NCBI GenBank assembly: GCA_034722055.1
Contig: JAYENL010000154.1
Coordinates: 24,444-80,841 of the forward strand
DNA from: Armatimonadota bacterium
GTDB lineage: Bacteria > Armatimonadota > Zipacnadia > Zipacnadales > UBA5352
DNA: 56,398 nt
Direction: 5' to 3'
In this document: positions 37,424 to 47,252 of the stretch, one piece after another
Layout of the letters: each line of letters starts with the position of its first letter
How positions within the stretch are numbered: position 1 is the first letter of the stretch
Made by a program: the position numbers and the translations under genes
The notes under the pieces: generated by a model
Told to the model about the DNA's origin: nothing
Seen by the model: the letters and a program-made list of their open reading frames with translations, nothing else
Databases searched by the model: none

Positions 37424-39052
37424 ATGGCCGCAGCCGTACCGACGTCAGCCGATCGCCGGACGTTGGCTGTCTCCGTCGCCCTGGCGCTGGGTCTGACGGC
37501 GGCGATCGCGGCCCGGTGCGTGATGGCGACAGGCGGCACGTTGGTCTACGCTCTCGATGACCCCTACATCCATCTGGCGATGGGCCGAACGCTGGCTCAA
37601 AGCGGTGTATGGGGCGTCAATGAGGCCACGCCCGGTGCGGCCTCCTCCAGTCCGCTGTGGACATTCCTGCTCGCCGGCCTGACGCTGCTGATGGGCGATG
37701 CGCCGGTGTGGCTGCCCCTGATGCTCAATGTGATCGCTGTGGCGGCGCTGGTCGTGGTGGCTGACGCCTGGCTCAGAGAGCTGCGGGTAACAGCACGAGC
37801 GCGGGTGGGGGTGATCCTGGCGATGCTTCTCGTCGGGCCCGTAGTGCCGCTGGCAATGACCGGCATGGAGCATGTGGCACACGCGGCGGCGGTGCTGGCG
37901 CTGGCGATGGTGGTGCTGCGGCCCAAGCCGGCATCAGCGGCGGCCATCGCAGGGGTCGCGGCAGTCGCCACGGGGCTGCGATATGAGAGCGCCTTCGTGG
38001 CGCTGGCGCTGGCCGTGGTTCTCGCTGTCCGAACCCGATGGACGAAGGCGATGGCCGCGGTAGTGGGCTCTGCCGCCGTTGTGGGAGCGATCGGGTTGTG
38101 GCAGATCTCACTTGGCGAGGGCTTCCTGCCGAACTCGGTCAACGTCAAGGCAGTGAGCTTCAGCCTCGCCTCCGCGTCACAGTGGCTGCGGTGGAAGGGT
38201 TTCAGCGCCCTCCAGGATGCCAGCGTGGCACCGATGGTCGTCCTGCCGGTGCTCGCGCTGGCCGGCGCACTCCAGACGGCTCTGCTGGATCGCGGTGACG
38301 CCACCGGCACTTCGAGGGCGCTCGCGGAGATGGCCGGAGCCCTCGCGCTGGCGACGCTGGTGCATATCACCCTCTCCCGCACAGGCTGGTACTTTCGTTA
38401 CGAGGCCTATCTGGTAGTCTGGGGCGCCCTTGGAGCCGGAGCGGCGCTGGTGCACGGATGGCGACTAACGGTTGACGCGTGCAGAAAGGCAGACATCCCG
38501 CAGGCACTCCGGCCGGCCATGTGGACTGCGGGCGTGGCGGTTGGCGCACTGGTTGTGCTCTCGACGGGCCTGCGGATCAACGCGTACGACACCGTGCACG
38601 AGTACTGCCGGGACATCCACCTGCAGCACCACCAGGTCGCCCGGTTCCTTCATGCCCACTACGATGATGCCGGTGTTGTGCTTCACGACATCGGCTACGT
38701 CGGCTATCTCTGCGACTGCCGGCTGGTGGACATGGCGGGACTTGCCACCCGGGCCGTGGTGATGGCGAAGAAACGGCGGGCGGTCGCGCCGGAGCTGGCA
38801 CGTCGGCTGGCGCTGCAGAACGGGGCGCGCATCGCGGTGAGCTATGATACTGCGTGGCTGCCGGAGGAGTGGCTCCGCGTGGCATCGTGGCGCAACCCCG
38901 CCAACCGCGCGGCGGGGTCGGATACGGTGTACTTCCTGGCAGTCGAGCCTCAGGCCGCCGGACCGCTGCTCAGGCGTCTGCGTGACTTCGAGCAACGCCT
39001 GCCCCCGGGCCTGGAGGTGACGTATCTGTCGAACACCGCGGCGAGCGGCTGA
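37424..39052 (+). CDS. polytopic membrane protein, unknown function (possibly glycosyltransferase-C-like)
   Basis: 542 aa. GGAGGTG Shine-Dalgarno. Hydrophobic N-terminal two-thirds with a conserved-looking DDPYIHLAMGRTLAQSG loop motif, then a soluble C-terminal third. Divergent from the membrane-protein paralog gene. Confidence 0.55.
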   Translation: MAAAVPTSADRRTLAVSVALALGLTAAIAARCVMATGGTLVYALDDPYIHLAMGRTLAQSGVWGVNEATPGAASSSPLWTFLLAGLTLLMGDAPVWLPLMLNVIAVAALVVVADAWLRELRVTARARVGVILAMLLVGPVVPLAMTGMEHVAHAAAVLALAMVVLRPKPASAAAIAGVAAVATGLRYESAFVALALAVVLAVRTRWTKAMAAVVGSAAVVGAIGLWQISLGEGFLPNSVNVKAVSFSLASASQWLRWKGFSALQDASVAPMVVLPVLALAGALQTALLDRGDATGTSRALAEMAGALALATLVHITLSRTGWYFRYEAYLVVWGALGAGAALVHGWRLTVDACRKADIPQALRPAMWTAGVAVGALVVLSTGLRINAYDTVHEYCRDIHLQHHQVARFLHAHYDDAGVVLHDIGYVGYLCDCRLVDMAGLATRAVVMAKKRRAVAPELARRLALQNGARIAVSYDTAWLPEEWLRVASWRNPANRAAGSDTVYFLAVEPQAAGPLLRRLRDFEQRLPPGLEVTYLSNTAASG

Positions 39053-39087
39053 GCCGCCGCAGATCGACCCCTCGCGTTCCGGCCTGC

Positions 39088-39486
39088 CTATTCCACCGGG
39101 GCAAGGGCGTGCTCGATGGCCTGCAGGAGCGGGGTAAGGTCGGAGCTCTTCTGGATGTAGGCGTCGGCGGCCCAGGACAGGAAGTTGTCGGCGAAGGACG
39201 GGTAGGCGGTGTTGATGATGACCGGCAGGGTCGGCTCGATCTCCAGCAGCTCCTGCAGGGCGCTGAGCCCATCGCGGCCCGGCATGGCGATGTCGAGCAC
39301 CACCACCTGGGGCGTCTCGGCGCGGACCTGTGCCGTGGCGTTGTCGGCGCTGTCGGCCAGTCGGACCCGGTAGCCCTCGCGCTCCAGCTTGCGCCGGTAC
39401 AGCTCGCGCTGGCTCTCCTGGTCGTCCACCACCAGCACCTCCGCCGGCCCCTCGGCCAGCACCTGGCTCGGCGTGACCGTGCTCAT
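39088..39486 (-). CDS. single-domain CheY-like response-regulator receiver
   Basis: VLVVDDQESQRELYRRKLEREGYRV...VVLDIAMPGRDGLSALQEL...VIINTAY contains the D-D...D...T...K receiver hallmarks. No output domain. ATG with GGAGGTG Shine-Dalgarno. Confidence 0.8.
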   Translation of the reverse strand: MSTVTPSQVLAEGPAEVLVVDDQESQRELYRRKLEREGYRVRLADSADNATAQVRAETPQVVVLDIAMPGRDGLSALQELLEIEPTLPVIINTAYPSFADNFLSWAADAYIQKSSDLTPLLQAIEHALAPVE

Positions 39487-39597
39487 GGCAACCACCTCCG
39501 AATGTGCTGCGGCGTTGATCGTTCTCAGGTGCTCTGAGATCGCACGCGGAGCAGACCTTCGAGGGGTCTATCGGCGGAGGATGGCCGGACTTGAGTC

Positions 39598-40452
39598 TCA
39601 CTCGGCGCTCCCGTCGCGCAGCAGCGGAGGCGGCAGCAGGCCCTCGGGCAGGTGATCCGCGACGGTCTCGCCGGCCGCCAGGCTCTCAAGAAGGGCGTTC
39701 AGCTCGCTGCGAGAGCACTCATCCACCTCGGCGAGGGCCACACGGTGGTCCGGAGGTGCGGGCGTGTTGCGCATCAGCAGCAGGCAGGTCCGAGCGGTGG
39801 TGGCGTGGGCGCGGAAGGTGGCCCGGGGCAGGGCCACGACGGCGTGGACGGTCAGCACGCCCAGGAGCCACTGCCGAACGTAGCGCCAGCGGGTGTTGGC
39901 CAGCAGGCCCTCCGGCAGCACGACGGCGATCCAGCCGCCCGGCCTGCACAGGGTTACGAACCGCTCCAGGAACAGCAGCTCGGTGGGGAATCGGCGCAGG
40001 CGGTCGATCTCCGCCGCGGAGGGCTCACGGGGCGTACGAGGCCCCCGTGCCCCGAGGTGAAGATGATGCTCGGCGGCGATGCAGCGCAGGCCCTCATCGG
40101 ACGCCCGCAGCTCAGCCCCGAAGGGCGGGTTGCCGACCACCAGATCGAAGCGCCCACATCTGGCGCCCGCCAGCAGCGCGTCGGTGACGAGCAGGCGGCA
40201 GGGAGGAGCCGCTGCCAGCCCTGAGTCGCGCCACACAGCGGCCATGGCCGGGTCGCAGTCCATGCCCACGACCTCGGTCGCGCCCCGTTCCAGCGCCGCC
40301 TGCAGCCACTCGCCCGGCCCGCAGGCGGGGTCGATCACCCTCGCGCTCTCGATCTCCGCCCCAAAGGCGGCCAGGGCGTCCAGCGCGAACTCCACTACCC
40401 CGCGGGGGGTGAAGAACTGCCCCAGGCGCGCCTCGTCAGACACGCCGGTCAC
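39598..40452 (-). CDS. gamma-class N6-adenine methyltransferase-like protein (N6_Mtase family) lacking a target-recognition domain
   Basis: GQFFTP (motif X), VIDPACGPGEWL (motif I), VGNPPFG (motif IV), then FLERFVTLCRPGGWIAVVLPEGLL. Only 284 aa. GTG start overlaps the sulfatase TGA stop (GTGA). Confidence 0.7.
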   Translation of the reverse strand: MTGVSDEARLGQFFTPRGVVEFALDALAAFGAEIESARVIDPACGPGEWLQAALERGATEVVGMDCDPAMAAVWRDSGLAAAPPCRLLVTDALLAGARCGRFDLVVGNPPFGAELRASDEGLRCIAAEHHLHLGARGPRTPREPSAAEIDRLRRFPTELLFLERFVTLCRPGGWIAVVLPEGLLANTRWRYVRQWLLGVLTVHAVVALPRATFRAHATTARTCLLLMRNTPAPPDHRVALAEVDECSRSELNALLESLAAGETVADHLPEGLLPPPLLRDGSAE

Positions 40453-41855
40453 CGGTCCCGCAGCTCGAGGAAGTCGCCGGTGTCGCGCATCCAGTCCGCT
40501 AGGGCCGACCGCATCTCTTCACGGGCCCCCGCGTAGGCCGGATCGCGTGCCAGGTTGTTCATCTCGTCGGCGTCGAGCACACAGTCGAAGAGCTGGTCGC
40601 GGTCCGGGTCCTCGTGGTGGTAGACGTACTTGAAGCGCTCGGAGACGGCGGCCCGGAAGTGGTGCCCGCCGCGGATGTGGCCATTGAACTCGATGAAGGT
40701 GTGCTCCGGCCCGGGCGCGTCCGGCTCCCGGACTATCGGCGCCAGGCTCCGGCCCTGGACTGCGGGCAGCGGCTCGAGGCCGAGCAGCTCCACCAGCGTC
40801 GGCGCCAGGTCCACGTGAGAGCCAAGCTGGGTGCGCCAGCCCGGCGGGATGCCGGGCCCGCGCATCATGCACGCCAGCCGGCAGGCCCGGTCGTAGGGCA
40901 CTCCCTTCTGGTAGATCCCCAGCGCCCCAAGCATCTCCCCGTGGTCGCCGGTCATGATCACCAGGGTCTCCTCCGCGCGGCCGGACTCCTCCAGGGCGTC
41001 GAGGATCACCCCGTGGCAGGCGTCGGCGAAGGATACGAAGCCCAGGTAGGCGGCGATCCCGCGCGCCCATTCGTCCCATCCCCAATGGCTGGTGGCCTGC
41101 CGGCCGGCGGCCTCCCGGATGTCCTCCGGCATGTCGCCCAGGCCCGCATCAAAGCCCGGCGGTCGGTCGATCTCCGCGGGGTCGAACATGCTCAGGTAGG
41201 GCTCGGGCACCAGGAGAGGCGGGTGCGGCGCCGCCAGCGAGCACCAGGCCGCGAAGGGTCGATCCGCGGGAGTCTCGAGGATGAAGTCCGCGATGGCGCG
41301 GGCGCGGCGCATGTCGGGGTGCTCCTCGATCGGCCGCGTCCACTCCGCCGGCAGCGGGATGCTGAAGCCCCACTCCTCCCAGCCCTCATCCGTCCGCGTG
41401 CGGACCTCCCCCCGCTGATCGCCCGGCGTCATGCCCTGCTCGGCCATCATCTCCTCGTGCTCCCCATAGGGGAAGCCGCCGGGGTTGAAGTGCGCGTACT
41501 CGTCGGAGCGGTCGTCCGCCTTCTGGCGGTTGATGTGCCAGATGCCCTCATAGCCCACCCGGTAGCCCGCGTCATGGAGGCGGTCGATAAGCAGCTCCTC
41601 GCCCCGGTTGATGGTGTCGTAGCCCTCGCCGAAGGCGATGGACCCGTGGGCGTGGGGCCACCGGCCGGTCATCATCGACGGCCGCGTGGGCACGCACAGC
41701 GGCGTGGCGCAGTAGAAGCGGTCAAAGACCGCGCTCTCACCCGCCAGGCGGCTGTAGGTGATGGTGCGCGCCCAGCCTGCGTAGGCCTCCAGCGCGTCTC
41801 GTTGAAGTTGATCGCATAATAGTACGAGGAGATTCGGCGAGTTCGGAGAATTCAT
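40449..41855 (-). CDS. formylglycine-dependent sulfatase (arylsulfatase family), apparently cytoplasmic (no signal peptide)
   Basis: LLVLLCDQLQ...CATPLCVPTRPSMMTGRWPHAHG (C-x-P-x-R formylglycine motif). C-terminal sulfatase core GDHGEMLG. Confidence 0.85.
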   Translation of the reverse strand: MNSPNSPNLLVLLCDQLQRDALEAYAGWARTITYSRLAGESAVFDRFYCATPLCVPTRPSMMTGRWPHAHGSIAFGEGYDTINRGEELLIDRLHDAGYRVGYEGIWHINRQKADDRSDEYAHFNPGGFPYGEHEEMMAEQGMTPGDQRGEVRTRTDEGWEEWGFSIPLPAEWTRPIEEHPDMRRARAIADFILETPADRPFAAWCSLAAPHPPLLVPEPYLSMFDPAEIDRPPGFDAGLGDMPEDIREAAGRQATSHWGWDEWARGIAAYLGFVSFADACHGVILDALEESGRAEETLVIMTGDHGEMLGALGIYQKGVPYDRACRLACMMRGPGIPPGWRTQLGSHVDLAPTLVELLGLEPLPAVQGRSLAPIVREPDAPGPEHTFIEFNGHIRGGHHFRAAVSERFKYVYHHEDPDRDQLFDCVLDADEMNNLARDPAYAGAREEMRSALADWMRDTGDFLELRDR

Positions 41856-42053
41856 GGTTTGGCTCCGGTCCACACACGTCGCAATGAGCGCAGTGATCGT
41901 CAGTGCGTCGCGGGCCGATGACCCCTTCGTCATCGCGGGGGCCGGTCCCTTCGCATCAGACAGCGCCGGAGCAAGACGCCGGGCCTGGCTCTCGCATCGG
42001 GTGTGTTCGGGGCGAGGCGGAGGCCCGTATCATCGGACAGACGCGAGGAGGAG

Positions 42054-44150
42054 TGCCCAGTGCCCATCCTGGACTCTACGACTTTAGAGCCACGCCGCAC
42101 CTACTCCGTCGAGGAGCTGGAGGACGCCGCCCAGGAGATGCGAGCCTGGGTCATGATCGGACTGCAGGCCGCCGGCTCCGGTCACACCGGCGGGACCATG
42201 TCGATCGCCGAGGTCGCAGCCGCACTGTACCTGCACCACATCCGCCATGACCCGGCCGACCCCAAGTGGGAGGGCCGAGACCGAGTCTTCTGGTCCGCCG
42301 GCCACAAGGCCCCCATGATCTACGTCGCCCTGGGGATGGCCGGCTACTTCGATGACATGCCCGTGGCCTACCACGGGGAGCCGCTGGAGCAGTTCGCCGA
42401 CGTGCCCGGCATCCAGAAGACGGTCCTGCTCCGCAAGCTCGGATCGCCCTTTGAGGGACATCCCAACTCCCGCAAGCTGCCCGGCATCGAGGTCTGCTCC
42501 GGCTCGCTGGGTCAGGGCCTCGGGATCGCCAACGGCTCCGCGCTCAACGCCAAGATCTACAATCAGGACTATCGCGTCTACTGCATCATGGGTGACGGCG
42601 AGCAGCAGGAGGGCTCCATCTGGGAGGCGGTGATGTTCGCCGCACACCACGCCCTCGATAACCTGGTCGGCATCATTGACGATAACGGTCTGCAGATCGA
42701 CGGGCCCACCGCCGAGGTCTGCAACGTGCAGTCCCTGGAGGAGAAGTACCGCGCCTTCGGCTGGGAGGTCTTCCACGTTGACGGCCACGACATGGAGGAC
42801 ATCCTGGGCGGGCTGGAGCGCGCCGACTCCGTGAAGGGCCGCCCGGCGCTGATCATCGCCGACACCATCAAGGGCAAGTGCGTGGACTTCGCCGAGGATG
42901 TGGTGGGCTATCACGGCGTGCCCCCGAAGGACGGTCGGACGGGCGAGGAGTCGCTGGACCGGGCGCTGGAGTCCATCGGCGTCACCGACAAGTTCCCGCC
43001 CGAGCGCGTGGATGAGATCCTGGCGTTCGCCGACGCCTACGGGGAGATCGCACAGCAGCGGGCTGACGAGGAGGTGCCGAAGTTCGGCAGGGACTGGTGG
43101 TGGAACGAGACCGGCGACATGCAGGTGGAGATGGACGCGACCCGCAACGGCTTCGGCGACGGCATCGCCGAGGTGGGCGCCGATCCGAACGTGGTCGCCC
43201 ACGGCGCCGACATCACCGGCTCCATTCGCATGTCGCGCTTCTACGAGCCCGACGGTGAACACGAGGACCCCGAGCGCAAGAAGCGCTTCGTCAGTTGCGG
43301 CATCGCCGAGGCCAACATGGCCGAGGTCGCGGCCGGCTTCGCCATCGAGGGCAGGACGCCATTCATCGGCTCCTACGGCGTTTTCGCGACCGGCCGCAAC
43401 TGGGACCAGCTCCGCACCACAGTCGGCTACAGCGGCCTCCCAGTCAAGATCGCCGACGCGCACGGCGGCGTCTCCGTCGGACCGGACGGCGCTACCCACC
43501 AGGCGCTGGAGGAGATCTTCCTGGTCACCGCCATCCCGGGCTACGTCATGTACGTCCCATGTGACGCGGTCGAGACCGCCAAGGCCACCAAGGCCGCGGC
43601 GACCAACGGCGCGCCCACCGCGGTGCGCTTCGCCCGCGAGGCCACGCCGATCGTCACCACCGAGGAGACGCCCTTCGAGCCCGGCGTCGCGAACATCATC
43701 CGCTACCGCGGCAGCGCACCCAACTTCGTGGACGCCTTCGAGACCGTGCTCTCCACCGACTACACCTCCGAGGGCGAGGACCTGGCGCTCATCGCCTGCG
43801 GGCCCATGGTGCCCGAGTCCATGCGTGCGGCGGTCATCCTCAAGGAGGAGTACGACCTCGAGACCCGCGTCGTGAACCTGCACACCGTCAAGCCCATCGA
43901 CAGGGACGCGATCGCCGCCGCCCGGGACACGGGCGTGGTGGTCACCGCCGAGGAGCATCAGGTGGGCGGGATGGGCAACCGCGTGGCGGCAGTCATGTGC
44001 GAGGCCGGCCTCGACGGGGCCGTACGCTTCGGCATGATCGGCGTGCAGGACCGCTTCGGCGAGTCCGGCGAGCCCTGGCAGCTCGTGAAGGTCTTCGGCG
44101 TGACCGGCGAGCACATCGCCCGCAAGGCCCTCGACCTCATGGACATGTAG
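42054..44150 (+). CDS. tkt: transketolase (single-chain, N- and C-terminal halves fused)
   Basis: GHTGGTMSIAEVAAALY...RDRVFWSAGHKAPMIYVAL (TPP-binding N-domain), GDGEQQEGSIWEA, pyrimidine-binding and C-terminal domains. GTG start after GAGGAGGAG. Confidence 0.85.
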   Translation, partial: CPVPILDSTTLEPRRTYSVEELEDAAQEMRAWVMIGLQAAGSGHTGGTMSIAEVAAALYLHHIRHDPADPKWEGRDRVFWSAGHKAPMIYVALGMAGYFDDMPVAYHGEPLEQFADVPGIQKTVLLRKLGSPFEGHPNSRKLPGIEVCSGSLGQGLGIANGSALNAKIYNQDYRVYCIMGDGEQQEGSIWEAVMFAAHHALDNLVGIIDDNGLQIDGPTAEVCNVQSLEEKYRAFGWEVFHVDGHDMEDILGGLERADSVKGRPALIIADTIKGKCVDFAEDVVGYHGVPPKDGRTGEESLDRALESIGVTDKFPPERVDEILAFADAYGEIAQQRADEEVPKFGRDWWWNETGDMQVEMDATRNGFGDGIAEVGADPNVVAHGADITGSIRMSRFYEPDGEHEDPERKKRFVSCGIAEANMAEVAAGFAIEGRTPFIGSYGVFATGRNWDQLRTTVGYSGLPVKIADAHGGVSVGPDGATHQALEEIFLVTAIPGYVMYVPCDAVETAKATKAAATNGAPTAVRFAREATPIVTTEETPFEPGVANIIRYRGSAPNFVDAFETVLSTDYTSEGEDLALIACGPMVPESMRAAVILKEEYDLETRVVNLHTVKPIDRDAIAAARDTGVVVTAEEHQVGGMGNRVAAVMCEAGLDGAVRFGMIGVQDRFGESGEPWQLVKVFGVTGEHIARKALDLMDM

Positions 44151-44333
44151 CCGCTCACGTCCGACCGCAACGGGCCTGCCGCATCCGGCGGCAGGCCCGT
44201 TCTCGTGCCGCCTGCACTCTCGGCTGGCCCGCTGAGAGCGTGGTTGCGCCCCTCCCAGCGGCAGAATGGCCGACCGCGCCCCTGAACCGCTGCGCTGCGC
44301 ACCGATTGCCGTCACGCGAGCGCAAGCTCGCGT

Positions 44334-44362
44334 GGAGGGGCCGGACCACCGTCCGGCCCGCC
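44334..44362. repeat. REP-like hairpin GGAGGGGCCGGACCACCGTCCGGCCCGCC (fourth copy), preceded by a second hairpin CGCGAGC-GCAA-GCTCGCG
   Basis: Identical to the 12372 copy. Lies in the tkt-to-oxidoreductase intergenic region. Confidence 0.6.
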
Positions 44363-44473
44363 GTCGTTCTGGCCTGCACCACGCGTTGCTGTGCATGAAG
44401 GCAGGAAACCATCGCGACACGCGGAAGAGGGCCTCTGATGCGGCGCCGACCTGCTCTGCAGAGGAGGACACCG

Positions 44474-45511
44474 ATGAGCTTCACGCTGGGCGTCTACATC
44501 CACGACAATCCCCACACCGATGGGCACATGCGCGACGTGGAGGCCCTTGCAGCCGTCGATCGCGTCCTGATGGCCGGGTCGGAGCGGGCAGCCCAGATCG
44601 CCGCGCAGATGTACAAGGCCGACTTCGTCGGCGGCTGGGATGACCTGATGGCCGAGGACGACGTCCAGGCCGTCATGGTCCTCACCAACAACCGCGACGC
44701 CGGCCGCATGACGCTGGAGGCCATCGAGGCCGGCAGGAGCGTCTACGGCGAGAAGCCCGGCGCCCGCACCGTGGCGGACATGGAGGCCATCGTCGAGGCT
44801 GCCGAGCGGACGGGCGCGCACTTCACCCCCTGCTATGTGCGCCGCACCTTCGCGGAGACTCGGGAGCTGCGGCGGCTGCTGAGCGAGGGCGCCGTCGGCG
44901 AGCTGTGGTCCTTCCAGGCCAACTGGATCACCTCCCAGGCCCAGATCCGCGGAGTCGAGCACTGGCTCTTCGACCGCGAGGTGGCCGGCGGCGGCATCCT
45001 CTACTGGCTGGGCTGCCACTGGCTCGACACGCTGCGCTTCGTGACCGATCAGCGCGTCGTCGCCGTGTGTGCCATGACTGCCACGCAGGATGATCGCATC
45101 GGCGTGGAGGACGTGGCCTGCCTCTCGGTGCGACTCGAGGGCGGCGCCCTGGGCACCATCCGCTGCGGCTACCTGCTCAACCCCTGGGATGACTACGATG
45201 ACTACCAGCTCATGACCGCCTGGGAGGGCTCGCTGGGGAGCCTCTCGCACTTCCCGAAGGGCCCTGTGACGCTGCGGCTGCGCACCCGCGCCGGGCATGA
45301 TGCGCCGGGCGGAGAGCTCTGGGAGACGCGCATCGATGATCGCAGGCCGGCCGGTTACGCCTACTACCTGCTGGCAGACGTGGTGGAGGCTGCCTCGGAG
45401 GGCCGAGAGCCGATGGTCACCGAGCGCGATGCGCTGTATGTGATGCGCGTTATCGAGGCCGCCTATGAGGCCGCCCGCACCGGCGCTGAGCAGACTGTCG
45501 AATGGGATTGA
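44474..45511 (+). CDS. Gfo/Idh/MocA-family NAD(P)-dependent oxidoreductase
   Basis: N-terminal Rossmann-like segment and the family's EKP motif (VYGEKPGARTVADMEAIVEAAERTG). GAGGAGG Shine-Dalgarno before the ATG. Confidence 0.75.
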   Translation: MSFTLGVYIHDNPHTDGHMRDVEALAAVDRVLMAGSERAAQIAAQMYKADFVGGWDDLMAEDDVQAVMVLTNNRDAGRMTLEAIEAGRSVYGEKPGARTVADMEAIVEAAERTGAHFTPCYVRRTFAETRELRRLLSEGAVGELWSFQANWITSQAQIRGVEHWLFDREVAGGGILYWLGCHWLDTLRFVTDQRVVAVCAMTATQDDRIGVEDVACLSVRLEGGALGTIRCGYLLNPWDDYDDYQLMTAWEGSLGSLSHFPKGPVTLRLRTRAGHDAPGGELWETRIDDRRPAGYAYYLLADVVEAASEGREPMVTERDALYVMRVIEAAYEAARTGAEQTVEWD

Positions 45512-45575
45512 CTCTCCGCGCCGATGCGCTACAATGCCCAGGGAGCATTACAACTGAGGGGGAGGTCGAAGCGCA

Positions 45576-47198
45576 ATGGGCCGCCTCGCGCTCTACTCGT
45601 TGGGGACGCTGGCAGTGCTGTTCGGGCTGCTGTTCGCTATCCTGACCGCGGTCATCTTCTGGCTGGAGGCGCCGCTGTGGCTGGCGCTGATCGCGGCCGT
45701 GGTCTTCTCCGGGATCCAGTACGCCATCGCGCCCTACATCATCCAGTGGATCCACAAGATCGACTGGATGCCGGTGGAGAGGATCGATCCGGAGATCGCC
45801 TCGCTGGTGCGCTCCGTGGCGCACAAGCACGGCATTCGGGAGCCCCGCTTCGGCGTCATTGCCGACGGGAATCCGAACGCCTTCACCTTCGGCCACCATC
45901 CCGGCAACGCCCGCGTGGTGGTGACCACGGGCCTGCTCGAGGTCTGTGACACCGCGCAGCGCCGGGCGGTGGTCGCCCACGAGCTGGGCCACATCATCCA
46001 CTGGGACTTCGTGGTCATGACCGTGGCCGCCACCGTGCCCCTGGTCCTGTACTACATCTACGTCTTCACCATGCGGGGGCGCAGTCGCAGGGACGGCGGC
46101 ATCGTGTTCCTGGTCGGCGTCGGCGCCCTGCTGGCCCACATCATCTCCCGCTACATCGTGCTGGGCCTCTCGCGCGTGCGGGAGTACTACGCCGATGAGT
46201 TCTCCGCACGGGCCACGCACGATCCCAACGCCCTCGCGGAGGGCCTCGTGAAGATCGCCTACGGCCTGGCGCGCTCCAGGCCGCCGGCGGAGAAGGAGGA
46301 GCAGCCGGTGGCCGCCAGCGCGGGCATGAAGCCCTTCGGCATCTTCGACGCCACCTTCGGCAAGTCCATGGCCGTGGCCACCGCGGGGGCCTACGGGCTC
46401 ACCGACGGCGAGGTCTCCAACGCCACCGCCGTCGAGGCCATGAAGTGGGACCTGTGGAACCCCTGGGGAGCGCTTCTGGAGCTTCGCTCCACCCATCCGC
46501 TGCCCGCCAAGCGCATCCGGGCGCTGGGCCGCATCGCTGAGCTCATGGGGCAGCCGAAGGCCTTTGAGGTCCCTGGGCGTGCGCCGCAGAGCTACTGGGA
46601 CGAGTTCGCAACCGACCTGCTGGTGAGCATGCTGCCGGTGGCGGGCCTGGTGGTGGGCGCGGTTGTGGGCCTCGTGGTCGGCTGGCTGCAGGGTATGCCG
46701 GGCACGGGTATTGCCATCCTCGTAGCCGGCCTGGGGCTGGGCATGATAGCGAAGCTGGCCTTCACCCATCCGCGCAACCGCTTCCGCGATGGGCGTGTCG
46801 CGGCGCTGGTCGGCGAGGTCAGGGTCTCCGCCATTCGCCCCATCCCCGTCCGACTCCGCGGCGAGGTCATCGGCCGGGGCATCCCCGGGCTCTACTGGGG
46901 CGAGGACCTGGTGCTGCAGGATGAGAGCGGCTTCATCCTGCTCGACTACCGCCAGCCGGTGCGCATCTTCGAGTTCCTCTTCGGCCTGTTCCGCGCCGAC
47001 AGCTTCATCGGCCAGAGGGTCATCGCGGAGGGCTGGTATCGCCGCGCGCCGGCCCCCTTCGTGGAGCTGTGGAAGGTGCGCCTGCCCGGTGGCGATGTGC
47101 ACACCAGCCACAACTGGGGCCTGAGCTTCGCACTGGCGCTGCTGCTGGCCGGCGGCGGGATCATCACAGCGCTGCTGACCATGCTGGCGGGGCTGTGA
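45576..47198 (+). CDS. htpX: M48-family Zn metalloprotease (HtpX-like) with a ~250-aa C-terminal membrane/β-rich extension
   Basis: Two N-terminal TM helices, VVAHELGHIIHWD (HExxH) and EYYADEFSAR (downstream Glu ligand region), then extra TM helices and a soluble tail. Confidence 0.75.
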   Translation: MGRLALYSLGTLAVLFGLLFAILTAVIFWLEAPLWLALIAAVVFSGIQYAIAPYIIQWIHKIDWMPVERIDPEIASLVRSVAHKHGIREPRFGVIADGNPNAFTFGHHPGNARVVVTTGLLEVCDTAQRRAVVAHELGHIIHWDFVVMTVAATVPLVLYYIYVFTMRGRSRRDGGIVFLVGVGALLAHIISRYIVLGLSRVREYYADEFSARATHDPNALAEGLVKIAYGLARSRPPAEKEEQPVAASAGMKPFGIFDATFGKSMAVATAGAYGLTDGEVSNATAVEAMKWDLWNPWGALLELRSTHPLPAKRIRALGRIAELMGQPKAFEVPGRAPQSYWDEFATDLLVSMLPVAGLVVGAVVGLVVGWLQGMPGTGIAILVAGLGLGMIAKLAFTHPRNRFRDGRVAALVGEVRVSAIRPIPVRLRGEVIGRGIPGLYWGEDLVLQDESGFILLDYRQPVRIFEFLFGLFRADSFIGQRVIAEGWYRRAPAPFVELWKVRLPGGDVHTSHNWGLSFALALLLAGGGIITALLTMLAGL

Positions 47199-47252
47199 TG
47201 GCCCCTCGCCCCAATCCGTCGCTCGGAGCCCTCGCCCTCCGGGAGTGAGAAC

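Noticed and set aside
39495-39495. GTG start (MVAMSTV...) for the response regulator
   Set aside because: GGAGGTG sits 6 nt upstream of the internal ATG (MSTVTP), but directly abuts the GTG. The ATG at 39486 was chosen.
42084-44471. 795-aa ORF antisense to transketolase
   Set aside because: Antisense shadow of a strongly conserved gene.
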